From the IMG/VR virus record IMGVR_UViG_3300033145_003080, positions 85,038-149,037 of that record: 64,000 nt of DNA; one strand, written 5' to 3'. A program made the translations under genes and the position numbers. The DNA comes from a virus. This document shows positions 41,001 through 49,622 of the stretch, in pieces. Numbering within the stretch: the stretch's first letter is position 1; each line of letters opens with the position of its first letter. The notes beneath the pieces were generated by a model that was not told where the DNA came from, did not search any database, and saw nothing but the letters and a program-made list of their open reading frames with translations.

Positions 41001-41764
41001 TTGATGATAGTGAAACCCCGAGTGCTCCAATAACAAACGAATTCGAAGATGTATGGTCGTTTTATCTGGGCTACGCTGATATTGATTCTTTTCCATATTA
41101 TCCTCCAGAATTTGATCCAACAATAACAACAGAGCCTTCTAAATTTGATTTGATTAATGAGCAATCAAATTTAGTTTTATCCGACTTTTATGGTCTAAAA
41201 AATTATCATATTATATATACAAAATGGGCTGGACAAATTGATGGGGTTAGTGCTTTTAAGGTGTGGGTTCGATATGATGAAACACAAAGTGATTTGTTTG
41301 TAAAGGATTATACCCTTATTGATGTAACTAATATCCCTACTACCTGGGGCGTATTGTCAATACATAAACCTGAGAAATATCTAAGCAAGAATTCTAATTT
41401 TGTTTTAAAAACTAATAAACCGTCTCCGGAAAGCTTAATTGAATCAGTTACTAGATATATTGATATTAAATCTCAGGAAGGTACCGGTGGGATTCCTGAT
41501 TTCGACAGATATCTCAGTAATGAAAATAAAATCTTTTTTAGAATAAGGGTGCGTAAAAACAATGATTATCCAGTAAATTATATAGACGAAGATACCAGTG
41601 ACATACAATACCTTGGGAGTGGCATAGAAACTGGTGATGATTGGGTAAATTTTCCATGGGAAGATAGTGGTGTATTTGATGCGGCATTCGATTGGGGTAA
41701 GATTACTACGCTTGAGCGAGTGAGAAGACTTGGTCTTACTTATTTTAAATGTGCTTCCCAGTGA
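38051..41764 (+). CDS. Large hypothetical virion-region protein
   Basis: 1237-aa Tyr/Asp-rich ORF; no family recognised. Confidence 0.6.
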   Translation: MIRLINSQRSTYHHTAITEFSDISSLIVTGVAKGYASNKYSWVSDFLSKHSGNLSINPHIGHVAFYSERDIFQQSYGNIERLHNHYPFLSDYNFSIFPKYYEELSTKQYFKVGQKFSEYDIVQYVNISELYTLTLRSLDPDYHWNRVNFNIKHEYYRAPAFYTSGYKVDMEYEEEPGYKYFDRYMWALPKSISPNRSVYKDYIVNEHGFDITLLPMFADYFGDSDIPDIIDPYTQPNLVKRLFDYKVLVDNPEYHYFHNDTNNWIINHKNLNAGSNKYYPYINFVQCFLEDWSFITPYYEYYSATPPWPPPTPVPGYIRFYPEITQNGVLEPGKTIVDWGNSRSGGQPITRMGVCAINPGNHLGHPDDQSRIVYNICKHMTQWDGTRFVIHKEDFAENDVLIGLDLDTERNRRNSAVVMTEPYFTVKPIANGQVAQISFVDYKRDSIQHESVDGFLTDPSMYLKIKAPLTFIKELDRYLVLEEVNTDIIDTLIIKNPRDNYGMFNSDPAFLYDNFGEDNETLLYRQEFCLDDLVEGRVGTGQHRKFYISAIGPRADKYSDDEMKVSGMGFVCKTIINQAGEIQSGHNEYLHIYCNNHWFTNTPAHATVTPPLPNVDIEILTDTSIVTRIQQYEKFRPMIKLPGVNGYVKILGRNPHFKIQRVHDGEYEVIYNVEFPFCPGSAYERFAMNYNDEHPYLPSQVFYKADYINAGSWEMSEVDSDERYDSTNNRHAPYGDDSFTRHELFRQVAVSDAFNDIGGFIHYYYDYTSTLENIDKSEYHSEVIKYPTHLIWEQLDWNFLSLIKSQIEEFKRYGTYDVSVTQTRVEFDIEQYLPYFTSDLKLIALADNRQWNFDKDKYISFIGRENPAYVCEMDISTLFEDFQSFQIKNGAIPDVKRWLYGYFSGFAHMIATSTESETRDERATPGLDTSLTTQDAQSNIIIEVWDSASDIGNDKLGNWRPLSLISSDTEKVAGELILDKLFIFDDSETPSAPITNEFEDVWSFYLGYADIDSFPYYPPEFDPTITTEPSKFDLINEQSNLVLSDFYGLKNYHIIYTKWAGQIDGVSAFKVWVRYDETQSDLFVKDYTLIDVTNIPTTWGVLSIHKPEKYLSKNSNFVLKTNKPSPESLIESVTRYIDIKSQEGTGGIPDFDRYLSNENKIFFRIRVRKNNDYPVNYIDEDTSDIQYLGSGIETGDDWVNFPWEDSGVFDAAFDWGKITTLERVRRLGLTYFKCASQ

Positions 41765-41793
41765 TTGATTGATTACAACAAATATTGTATATT
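41765..41793 (+). promoter_or_regulatory. Sigma70-like promoter
   Basis: TTGATT-17 bp-TATATT, 19 nt upstream of ATG 41813. Confidence 0.45.
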
Positions 41794-41812
41794 GAATGTA
41801 TGGGGGTTTTTG

Positions 41813-42946
41813 ATGTCTTCTAATTTACGCTCAAAACCGATTGAGGGACATGTTACTGATAGTGCCGGTAATGTTCTGAGAAATTCTCAGATAATAATAA
41901 AACAGGCGGCGCCGTCTGGCAGTATCACGATGGGCTCTGTTATGTCTGATGATGATGGATATTTCCAGTCGAAACCATTGCCGAATGGTCTTTATGACAT
42001 TTATGAATCAGGCATAAGCATAGCAAGGATAGTACATACTGCTGACAGAAATTCTATCCAATGCTTTAAACCAGCCGTTGATAACTATGACATTTCATTA
42101 ATAGGCAATTTTGTCAGTCTTGCTGAAGCTGATAACCCAATTCTGAATAGTTTCAAATGGTTTCTTCAAATCGAACCGGAAGAACTTGACGTCTCTGTAT
42201 ATGGTAGTACTTTTCCTATTTATAATATAAACATTTCAGGCATTACTGATGTTAATAATGAGTATTATAATATGGCTCAATTCTTTAACCTCACTGTTGA
42301 TTCGAGGATAACAACCACACGATTTGATATTGAATATTTTGCGCCATTAACTGCACTTTCTAATTTTTATAAACGAATAAGGTGGGCTGGTGTCCCTGGG
42401 ATTCGTTTTAATAAAGATTCAAAACTGATTGTTCCTCTCGATTACTTTTCTATTGTGGCAAGTCTACCGAAAATTACTACTAATTATTTAATTGGTGATA
42501 GCGTAAGTATTGTAGAGGGATCTGCTGAAAAACTGGTGAATTTTTATGCCACAGGATCTAATGATTTTACAAACCACGTTAACAATATGATGATTGGTGA
42601 TGTTGTGAAATTAACTGTGAAGGGTGATAATGTCGGTGGGGATCCTATTGGTCCATTTTATCATTATGGAATCATAGTTCATGTTGATAGAGCATCACCA
42701 TTAACAGTTACGTTAGAAAAATGGTTATCATCACGATTTCTTACTGATCTTGATCTTGACGACGTTTATGACGCGTACATAGAAAAAATTGAATCGTTCG
42801 ATGGTATATTTCAGGGGATATCAGATATCAATGATGAGATAAATGAAAGATTTACTTTGGTTGAAAATATAAACGCTCAAGATTATATTCCTGAGCTTTA
42901 TAATTATAATAATCAGGGGCAGTTGGAAGAACCACCGGCCTCTTAG
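41813..42946 (+). CDS. Structural protein with an N-terminal carboxypeptidase-regulatory-like (prealbumin-fold) domain
   Basis: IEGHVTDSAGNVL...SDDDGYF...LPNGLYDI; start re-called at ATG 41813 after GGGGG. Confidence 0.6.
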   Translation: MSSNLRSKPIEGHVTDSAGNVLRNSQIIIKQAAPSGSITMGSVMSDDDGYFQSKPLPNGLYDIYESGISIARIVHTADRNSIQCFKPAVDNYDISLIGNFVSLAEADNPILNSFKWFLQIEPEELDVSVYGSTFPIYNINISGITDVNNEYYNMAQFFNLTVDSRITTTRFDIEYFAPLTALSNFYKRIRWAGVPGIRFNKDSKLIVPLDYFSIVASLPKITTNYLIGDSVSIVEGSAEKLVNFYATGSNDFTNHVNNMMIGDVVKLTVKGDNVGGDPIGPFYHYGIIVHVDRASPLTVTLEKWLSSRFLTDLDLDDVYDAYIEKIESFDGIFQGISDINDEINERFTLVENINAQDYIPELYNYNNQGQLEEPPAS

Positions 42947-42960
42947 TCTTTTAAGGAGGG

Positions 42961-43377
42961 TTGATGGACAAGGCAATTCTTGAAAACCTTACCCCGGAAC
43001 AGCGGGGTAAAATGGCCGTTGCTTATCTTATGCGAAATAAAGATGAGCGACCGGAAGAGCTCAGAAAGTTTTTTGACAAGCTCGATGTATATGAGAAATC
43101 TGCAGCGGCTACCAATGTTGCTATTAGCAGAGCAAGCGAGGCTGTAACTCAGCTTCAAACAAAATTTTATAGCCTTCTCGGTTCTATTGATACGATAACA
43201 GACCTGATTGCAGATGGGTTAGAAAATATTACTGAGGATGAAATTATGAAATGGTGTGAAAAGTATCAGCCACCTGACATGATACCGAACATACCACGAG
43301 GCGTTGATATGTCCGGGCATCCTAATATTCCCGCTGGCAATATTGATATGGCTGGAAAAACTACGCACCAACAATAG
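42961..43377 (+). CDS. Hypothetical protein
   Basis: AAGGAGG RBS; 138-aa helical ORF. Confidence 0.6.
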   Translation: MMDKAILENLTPEQRGKMAVAYLMRNKDERPEELRKFFDKLDVYEKSAAATNVAISRASEAVTQLQTKFYSLLGSIDTITDLIADGLENITEDEIMKWCEKYQPPDMIPNIPRGVDMSGHPNIPAGNIDMAGKTTHQQ

Positions 43378-43389
43378 TCGGAGTTAAAT

Positions 43390-44241
43390 ATGAAAAGGGT
43401 AAATATAAGATACGGCCTTAAACAAAGAATGAATGAAATCCTTGGAACCGACTCTGGTGTAGAGGGTGATGTTCCTGGCATAACAGCCTGGTCTGTTCAA
43501 GCTGCCATGTTAGACAATTTAAGGAGAATAGCAGCCGCTCTTACTGGAGATTCTCAAGGCCGCCCTATGAGGGGATTGTGGCTTACTAAGAACGCGGCCC
43601 TGTCGATTGCAATATCTGCCGGATACGGCTTTACCCCAACTGGTGATGTTGTTATTCTTAATACCGGTATTGTTTCAAGTATAGACGGTACTGATGGAAC
43701 GAAATATATCTATCTACGCCATAGAATGGCTGCCATTGATGGCGATACCTATGATGATGGGAAAAAAACCGGTTTTATAGGAAAGGCCGGCACTCAAGAT
43801 ATAGCCTATGATGATTTTGCTGCATCTAAAAAAGATGCTATTCAAACATTTGTCGCAGACATATTGACAATTAGCTCGACATTAATCACTGGCGATCCTG
43901 ACCTTGTGTATGTAGGAAGTGTCATTGTTGCCACCGGTGATATAACCACAGTAACCAATTCGACCGCTCGTGGCCTGGCACCAAACGATGCTTCAGGCAG
44001 GTATAGGTTGCCTGGAATACATGTTAATGGCGATTCTACATTTGAGAATCAGGTTGATTTGCTCGCAGCTGTTGTTATGCAGACAACACTTCTCATCCAT
44101 GGTAAAGCTACATTTAATGGTGGTATAGTTGCTGATGGCAGCGATGGGGTTACAGACCTTTCTGTTACTGTAAGAGACGCTGCCGGAACTGGGACTATAG
44201 ATTTGCAATTCAAAAACGGTATCTTTATAGGTATTGCATAA
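43390..44241 (+). CDS. Short fibre/baseplate-attached structural protein
   Basis: LSIAISAGYGFTPTGDVVIL attachment-like motif; C-terminal LQFKNGIFIG fibre-end motif. Confidence 0.5.
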   Translation: MKRVNIRYGLKQRMNEILGTDSGVEGDVPGITAWSVQAAMLDNLRRIAAALTGDSQGRPMRGLWLTKNAALSIAISAGYGFTPTGDVVILNTGIVSSIDGTDGTKYIYLRHRMAAIDGDTYDDGKKTGFIGKAGTQDIAYDDFAASKKDAIQTFVADILTISSTLITGDPDLVYVGSVIVATGDITTVTNSTARGLAPNDASGRYRLPGIHVNGDSTFENQVDLLAAVVMQTTLLIHGKATFNGGIVADGSDGVTDLSVTVRDAAGTGTIDLQFKNGIFIGIA

Positions 44242-44261
44242 ATTAAAAATAGGAGTGTACT

Positions 44262-44930
44262 ATGCATTTCGCATTAAGGGGCAAATACCCCATCGAAACG
44301 GAAAAGCACATAAAAACTGCGGTGGATTATTTTGATAAGCATCTCAGCAGATTCAGCCCTATGGATAGAGCTGCTGCTGCCACAAATATCGAAAAACGCG
44401 CCGAGGCTCTTAGTGCTGATATAAGCAGGGATTGGATCACAAATTATTCCCGGATGCTTAAAAGGGAAGCGGCCATATCCCCTGACTTTGATCGCAATAT
44501 TCAATTAAGAAAAGAAGCCTGTATCAAAGATAAGATTAAAGTCAATGTTGGCGGCAAAGAGATTAATGCTGTAGAATTGCTGGATAAAATCGCATCGATT
44601 AAAGAAGGTGTTCATGGTATAGCGATTGTTAAAACACTTGATGCGTTCGATAAGCTGGCGAATCTTCAGTATCGCTATGATGATGATATCGTCGACCCGG
44701 TCTTAACCGTTTTCGGAAGCTTAAGAGCTCCTGAATACGATGCTGAAAAAATTGCTGGTAACAAAACGAATTATGATCTGATTAGGATGTCAAGAAAAGA
44801 AGAAGTAATCGAAAAAGTTGCTGGAGCTTTCAGCGCTGAAGTTGCTGAGAATTTTAAAAAGCAACCGGTTAAAACTTTCAAAGCGATGACTCCGCCTGAA
44901 CAAAGTCTATTTGAAGAGGCCGTAGCATAA
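44262..44930 (+). CDS. Head-region protein with a DUF6582-like N-terminus
   Basis: KYPIETEKHIKTAVDYF...RAAAATNIEKRA motif; several (E/D)KxA motifs; AGGAG RBS. Confidence 0.55.
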   Translation: MHFALRGKYPIETEKHIKTAVDYFDKHLSRFSPMDRAAAATNIEKRAEALSADISRDWITNYSRMLKREAAISPDFDRNIQLRKEACIKDKIKVNVGGKEINAVELLDKIASIKEGVHGIAIVKTLDAFDKLANLQYRYDDDIVDPVLTVFGSLRAPEYDAEKIAGNKTNYDLIRMSRKEEVIEKVAGAFSAEVAENFKKQPVKTFKAMTPPEQSLFEEAVA

Positions 44931-44933
44931 AAA

Positions 44934-45665
44934 GTGAACAAGTTGTCTGAACAACTCAAGGATGCCTACCTCCTCGATAAACCCGAGGAGGTAAAACGCA
45001 TCCAGAAGGAGATCGAGCTAAAGAAAATTGCTCGTCAGGAACCTATTACGCCCACAAAGATAAACACCCTACTCAATGATGAGTCAGCTTCAGCAATTAA
45101 GATATATGACTTTTTGAACCGATCTTTTAGTGAGGATTGGTGGGAATGGGAGATAGAAACTCTTGAGCGCCTCTTGTGGATTAAGTATGGGACAGCCCTT
45201 GAGGATATTAACCGTGACAAAATATTTGCCATACGACACCTGTGTCGAAGCGATGGGGCGTTTTCCGATTGGTATGAATTCAACCAATTGGCTTTATCTT
45301 TTTCAGGTAGTATTGCGGATTTTGAATTTTTAAGAAGCCCATCCCCAGGAATGGTTGTTAATACTGTAAAAACAATGAATTATATAAGGCCAGACCGGGA
45401 ATCTGATTTTAGTATTGATGTTGTTAAATATATGTGTATCGTTTTATTAAATGAAGGTGTATATACTCCGCCACCTTCTCTGATATACATAATTAAAAAT
45501 AAAATGAAAGAAATGGTATCATCTCAAACATCTGAAAATTGGCTATCTATATTGAAAAGGTATAACCAATTTGTTAATAAAAAAAATATTGATATTAAAG
45601 AAGATGTCATTGACATTCAAGCAAAAAGGGTGCTTAAAGCAGAAGGTTCTGCATTAGTATATTAG
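44934..45665 (+). CDS. Hypothetical protein adjacent to the portal gene
   Basis: 243-aa ORF (DWWEWEIETL motif). Confidence 0.6.
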   Translation: MNKLSEQLKDAYLLDKPEEVKRIQKEIELKKIARQEPITPTKINTLLNDESASAIKIYDFLNRSFSEDWWEWEIETLERLLWIKYGTALEDINRDKIFAIRHLCRSDGAFSDWYEFNQLALSFSGSIADFEFLRSPSPGMVVNTVKTMNYIRPDRESDFSIDVVKYMCIVLLNEGVYTPPPSLIYIIKNKMKEMVSSQTSENWLSILKRYNQFVNKKNIDIKEDVIDIQAKRVLKAEGSALVY

Positions 45666-45699
45666 TTAATAATCGTTCTATATAAAAGGATTAAGTAAT

Positions 45700-47784
45700 A
45701 TGGCACATGAAGGAATGACAGGTCCGGGAACTCCTTCGGGGGCGAGTGGTAGTGGAAGTAATCTTAAAATTGCTTTTACTCGAGGATCTTTAAAATATGA
45801 TAGTCCATTTATGGACATGACCAGTACATTTATTCCTAAAAGTATAAAAGGGCTTCTCAAATTTATAGCTGCAAATGTTTTCAGTGATGGGTTTGTCTCC
45901 CAATGCATTACTAAACTGTCAGAATATCCAATTACCGATTTGATTTATGATGAAGAGCGTCAGTCTGAAATCAAAGATGATAAAAAAATCGATAAATGGA
46001 AAAAAATACTCGAAAAACATCTTAAAATAATCAGGTCAATGAAACAGGCTGGTATGGATTTTTATGCATATGGCAATGCTATTATATCTATAAATTACCC
46101 ATTCAAAAGATTCTTTACATGCCCAAAGTGTGATAATGAATTTGCTGCAGACTCAATCAAATGGATATTTAAAAATTACAAATTTCAAGGTGAATGTCCA
46201 AAATGCCATAGTGAAGAAAGGTTAAAAGCCCGTGATAAAAATACAAAAGAACTTGATAAATTCAATCTTATCCATTGGGATTTGATATACATAGATATTA
46301 AATACAACACTATTAGCGGTGACCATTTCTATTTTTATCGAATACCACCACAAATGGAGCTTGCCATAAAACGTGGCGACAGAGATATAATAAATACAAC
46401 CAGGTTAGAAGTTATTGATGCTGTAAAGAAAAAGAAGCCACTTAAATTGATGGCAGATAATGTATTTCATCTTAAAAGGTCTGGCCCACAATATATCATA
46501 TCTTCAGAACGTGGTTGGGGTATCCCTGCAATCATGCCTGTTATGAAAGATATCTTCCACACGAAGATACTTAAAAAAGGCAATGAGATGATAGCATTTG
46601 ATCACATTGTTCCTTTGAGGATTTTGTTTCCTGTGGGGACTGGCGATATAAGTCCCCATGCTACGGTTAACCTGTCTGGGTGGAAAACTAAAATTGAGGA
46701 TGAGATTAGAAAATGGAAAGCTGATCCGAATTATATCTCAGTTGTGCCACTTCCGTTGGGGAATGTTAATTTTAGCGGAGATTCTAAGATTTTAAGCGTT
46801 ACCCCTGAAATAAAAGCCACCGAAGATTCAATAATGACCGGTATAGGAATTATACCGGAAATTATAAGAGGTGGAGCATCATGGTCTGGAAGTAATGTTT
46901 CTCTTAGGGTTGTTGAAAACAGTTTTTTAAACCATCGTAATGACATGCATGACTATCTCGAATTTGTTGTAGATAATATATCAAGATATCTTGATATGCC
47001 AAAGATAGATGTTAGAATGTCTGATTTTAAAATGGCTGATGATTTGGCAAAAAAGAAAATGGTTGTTGAGGCGGCTATGGGCACCCCTTCAAAATCATTA
47101 ATATCAAAGTCGACTGTTATAAAAGAACTTGGTTTTGATCCAGAGCTCGAGTATGAATCAAAGCTAAAAGAACTGAAGAGAAATATTGAACTTATGATTG
47201 AAGAAATGGAGGGTGCTTCTACAGCCCATGGGGCAGCATCAGTTGTTAATGCGATGTATCAGGCTGATGCTGAAGCGGCAAACAGAGATAGGCTCGAAAC
47301 GCACGACAGAGAGTCTCAGGGCAAGAAGGAGGAGATAGACATGCAAATACATGAAGAAAATGCTACTGAGATAAAAAATGAAGTTGCAATGCTTGCTCAA
47401 AAGAAGGGTGTGGATGCTGACCAAATAGCGACTCCTACTCTTATTTTAATGTTTACGCAACGATTTGCCGTTCTTGCAACGACCAATAAAGATGAATTTA
47501 AAATGCGTATGTTAATAATGAAGAATGTCATGCCCGCACTTTATCAGGAAGTGTATAATAATCTTAAGGAATTAAATCTTATTGAAGCTGATTTACAACC
47601 AAATCTCGAAGTTACTCAAAAAATGACTCCGGGAGAAATACCTGTATATTCACAAGGCGAGATAGGGGCAGACACCCCACCATCCATATCTGAAGTGGGA
47701 GCTGAACCAAAAGGTATAAATAAAGATTACAACAAACAACTTCCTGATGCAAAACCTCCAGTTTCGCAGAATGCTCCAATTTAA
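45700..47784 (+). CDS. Probable portal protein with a Zn-ribbon insertion
   Basis: 694 aa; SQCITKLSEYPIT, DFYAYGNAIIS, VFHLK, GWGIPAIMPV, IMTGIGI..EIIRGG.SWSGSNVSLRVVEN patterns and overall layout match portal proteins; CPKC...CPKC insertion. Confidence 0.65.
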   Translation: MAHEGMTGPGTPSGASGSGSNLKIAFTRGSLKYDSPFMDMTSTFIPKSIKGLLKFIAANVFSDGFVSQCITKLSEYPITDLIYDEERQSEIKDDKKIDKWKKILEKHLKIIRSMKQAGMDFYAYGNAIISINYPFKRFFTCPKCDNEFAADSIKWIFKNYKFQGECPKCHSEERLKARDKNTKELDKFNLIHWDLIYIDIKYNTISGDHFYFYRIPPQMELAIKRGDRDIINTTRLEVIDAVKKKKPLKLMADNVFHLKRSGPQYIISSERGWGIPAIMPVMKDIFHTKILKKGNEMIAFDHIVPLRILFPVGTGDISPHATVNLSGWKTKIEDEIRKWKADPNYISVVPLPLGNVNFSGDSKILSVTPEIKATEDSIMTGIGIIPEIIRGGASWSGSNVSLRVVENSFLNHRNDMHDYLEFVVDNISRYLDMPKIDVRMSDFKMADDLAKKKMVVEAAMGTPSKSLISKSTVIKELGFDPELEYESKLKELKRNIELMIEEMEGASTAHGAASVVNAMYQADAEAANRDRLETHDRESQGKKEEIDMQIHEENATEIKNEVAMLAQKKGVDADQIATPTLILMFTQRFAVLATTNKDEFKMRMLIMKNVMPALYQEVYNNLKELNLIEADLQPNLEVTQKMTPGEIPVYSQGEIGADTPPSISEVGAEPKGINKDYNKQLPDAKPPVSQNAPI

Positions 47785-47948
47785 GGTCGCTAGGTTTGAG
47801 CCACCCTGACCCTCACCTAGAGACCCGCCTTGCCCGATCTTTATGATCGGGCTTGTGCGTGATAGCTAAAAAAAACGTTCATGAATTTTTTATGCAAGGA
47901 AACTACCGGCTTTGTGCCGGTGGATGAATTGTGCCTTTTTTTAACCGT

Positions 47949-47977
47949 TTGACATTTCAATACAATTATACTATATT
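47949..47977 (+). promoter_or_regulatory. Sigma70 consensus promoter for tnpB (probably a leaderless transcript)
   Basis: TTGACA-17 bp-TATATT, 7 nt upstream of GTG 47985. Confidence 0.75.
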
Positions 47978-47984
47978 AAATACC

Positions 47985-49097
47985 GTGAAAACAATAAGAA
48001 CCATAAAACTTAAATTTAATGGAAAGCATAAGGCCAATAATATTCTTCCAAATTGGATTAATGCTTGCAACTGGCTCTCTGAGATAGTTTTTGATTCCAA
48101 AGAAATTAATTCTAATCGACTTTCTCAAGCTTATTACAAAATTGTTCGTGAAAAATTTAAACTTCCATCACAATTGACTTGTACGCTTTTTCGTACAGTA
48201 TCAGCTACATATAAAACTCAAAAAGCTCAAAAAATGTGGAACCTTTGCATATACAAAAGGAAGTCTATCCCAATTGTTTGGAAAAGAGATTTTGCTCGAA
48301 CCAAAAAAGGTGTCACTCTTTGGGGTGATATTATTATTTTTGACGACTCAAGAGCAATTCCAGATCGCTGGAAAGACTCTAAAATATCCCTTAAAGATGG
48401 ACAGTGGTTTTTTAATCTTTCTTATGAAATTGATATTCCGGAACCAAAAATAAAAGGAACAATAATTGGAGTAGACCAGGGAATAAAAAGACTTTTTGTA
48501 GCTTCTGAATCTAATGGTGATAAACTGTTTTACAAATCTAACCACCTTAATCATAAACTTGCTAATATCAGAAATCATAGATCTAAAATACAAGCGGTTG
48601 GAACCCGTTCTTCAAAAAGACTTCTCAAAAGAATGTCTAAACACGAGGCTTCCGTAACCGAGCATGCAGTGCATGTTGCTTCTAAAAGACTTGTATTTTG
48701 GGCTAATTTTATAGGAGCAAGGAAAATTGTTTTTGAGGATTTGTCTAATATACGAAAATCTTCTTTGAGTAAAGGAAAGCAACTTCGCAGTAAAGTTAAT
48801 TGCTGGCCTTATGGCATGTTTACATATTTTGTAACATACAAAGCTGCTGCTTTTGGTATTGCTACTGAAAAAGTTTCTCCAAAGAATACTTCTCGTATGT
48901 GTCATAAGTGTGGACATATTGACAAATCCAATCGAAATGGTTTTACCTTTAAATGTCTTTCTTGCGGTTATACCGCAGATTCAGATTGGAACGCCAGTAA
49001 GAATATTGCTGGCCGATCAATGTCTATCGGGTTAAACTCAATAGACACAGGGAGTTATAAATCCCCTGAAAAACAGACTATTTTTAGCCATGTTTAA
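47985..49097 (+). CDS. tnpB: TnpB RNA-guided nuclease
   Basis: RTIKLK N-terminus; RuvC IGVDQGIK, IVFEDLSNIR, DSDWNASKNI; Zn ribbon CHKCG...CLSCG. Start re-called at GTG 47985. Confidence 0.92.
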   Translation: MKTIRTIKLKFNGKHKANNILPNWINACNWLSEIVFDSKEINSNRLSQAYYKIVREKFKLPSQLTCTLFRTVSATYKTQKAQKMWNLCIYKRKSIPIVWKRDFARTKKGVTLWGDIIIFDDSRAIPDRWKDSKISLKDGQWFFNLSYEIDIPEPKIKGTIIGVDQGIKRLFVASESNGDKLFYKSNHLNHKLANIRNHRSKIQAVGTRSSKRLLKRMSKHEASVTEHAVHVASKRLVFWANFIGARKIVFEDLSNIRKSSLSKGKQLRSKVNCWPYGMFTYFVTYKAAAFGIATEKVSPKNTSRMCHKCGHIDKSNRNGFTFKCLSCGYTADSDWNASKNIAGRSMSIGLNSIDTGSYKSPEKQTIFSHV

Positions 49098-49130
49098 AAC
49101 TACTAGCCTTGTGCTGGTGGTAACTTATAG

Positions 49131-49158
49131 CTAAAACAACGGGGCCAAACGGCCCCAT
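49131..49158 (-). terminator. Intrinsic terminator at the convergence of the two gene blocks
   Basis: GGGGCC-GTTT-GGCCCC hairpin followed by GTTGTTTT on the - strand, right after the 49159 stop. Confidence 0.7.
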
Positions 49159-49539
49159 TTAATTTTCATGATTTTCATCCATGCCTTTGACAGGTTGCCC
49201 AGGCATTTCTCCTTTTCCAGTTACATACTTCAAAAACCACTCTTCATTTTCAGGAAACTCTTTATAGGCAATATATAATTTTGCGAGTTGTTCAGCACTT
49301 TCCGTGGAATACGGATTTTTGAACATAGGTAGATTAACAAATATGAACATCGTTTTCTCTTTCATATCAATATTAATCCTGTTTCCCGATTTTGTATCAA
49401 TTTCAACATACCCCACTTTTGGGGGCTCAATGCTTGAATCATCATGAAAGCATCGTAAGATATCGATATCAGACATATCAATAAAAGACTCTACTTTCTG
49501 ACTTTGATGCATACTAATAACGCGCAACATTGCTCCCAT
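49159..49539 (-). CDS. Hypothetical protein
   Basis: 126-aa ORF with AAAGGA RBS, bounded by terminators. Confidence 0.6.
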   Translation of the reverse strand: MGAMLRVISMHQSQKVESFIDMSDIDILRCFHDDSSIEPPKVGYVEIDTKSGNRINIDMKEKTMFIFVNLPMFKNPYSTESAEQLAKLYIAYKEFPENEEWFLKYVTGKGEMPGQPVKGMDENHEN

Positions 49540-49559
49540 TAAGTTTTTAATTCCTTTCT

Positions 49560-49590
49560 AAACAGCAAACGGGGATAAAATCCCCGTCGC
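49560..49590 (-). terminator. Intrinsic terminator closing the ubiquitin-like operon
   Basis: ACGGGGAT-TTT-ATCCCCGT hairpin followed by TTGCTGTTT on the - strand. Confidence 0.7.
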
Positions 49591-49622
49591 CATTCTATCA
49601 AAAGTTAATATACAGCTTAAAG

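Larger units (their letters stand above)
47894..49128 (+). mobile_element. Non-autonomous IS200/IS605 (IS1341-like) element carrying tnpB
   Basis: Left subterminal hairpin CTACCGGC-TTTGT-GCCGGTGG-ATGAATTG (47903-47931) after TTAT; related right hairpin CTACTAGC-CTTGT-GCTGGTGG (49100-49120); no tnpA. Confidence 0.8.

Noticed and set aside
49159-49539. Sixth member of the ubiquitin-like operon
   Set aside because: It is separated from the Ubl gene by an intrinsic terminator and has no recognisable related motif.
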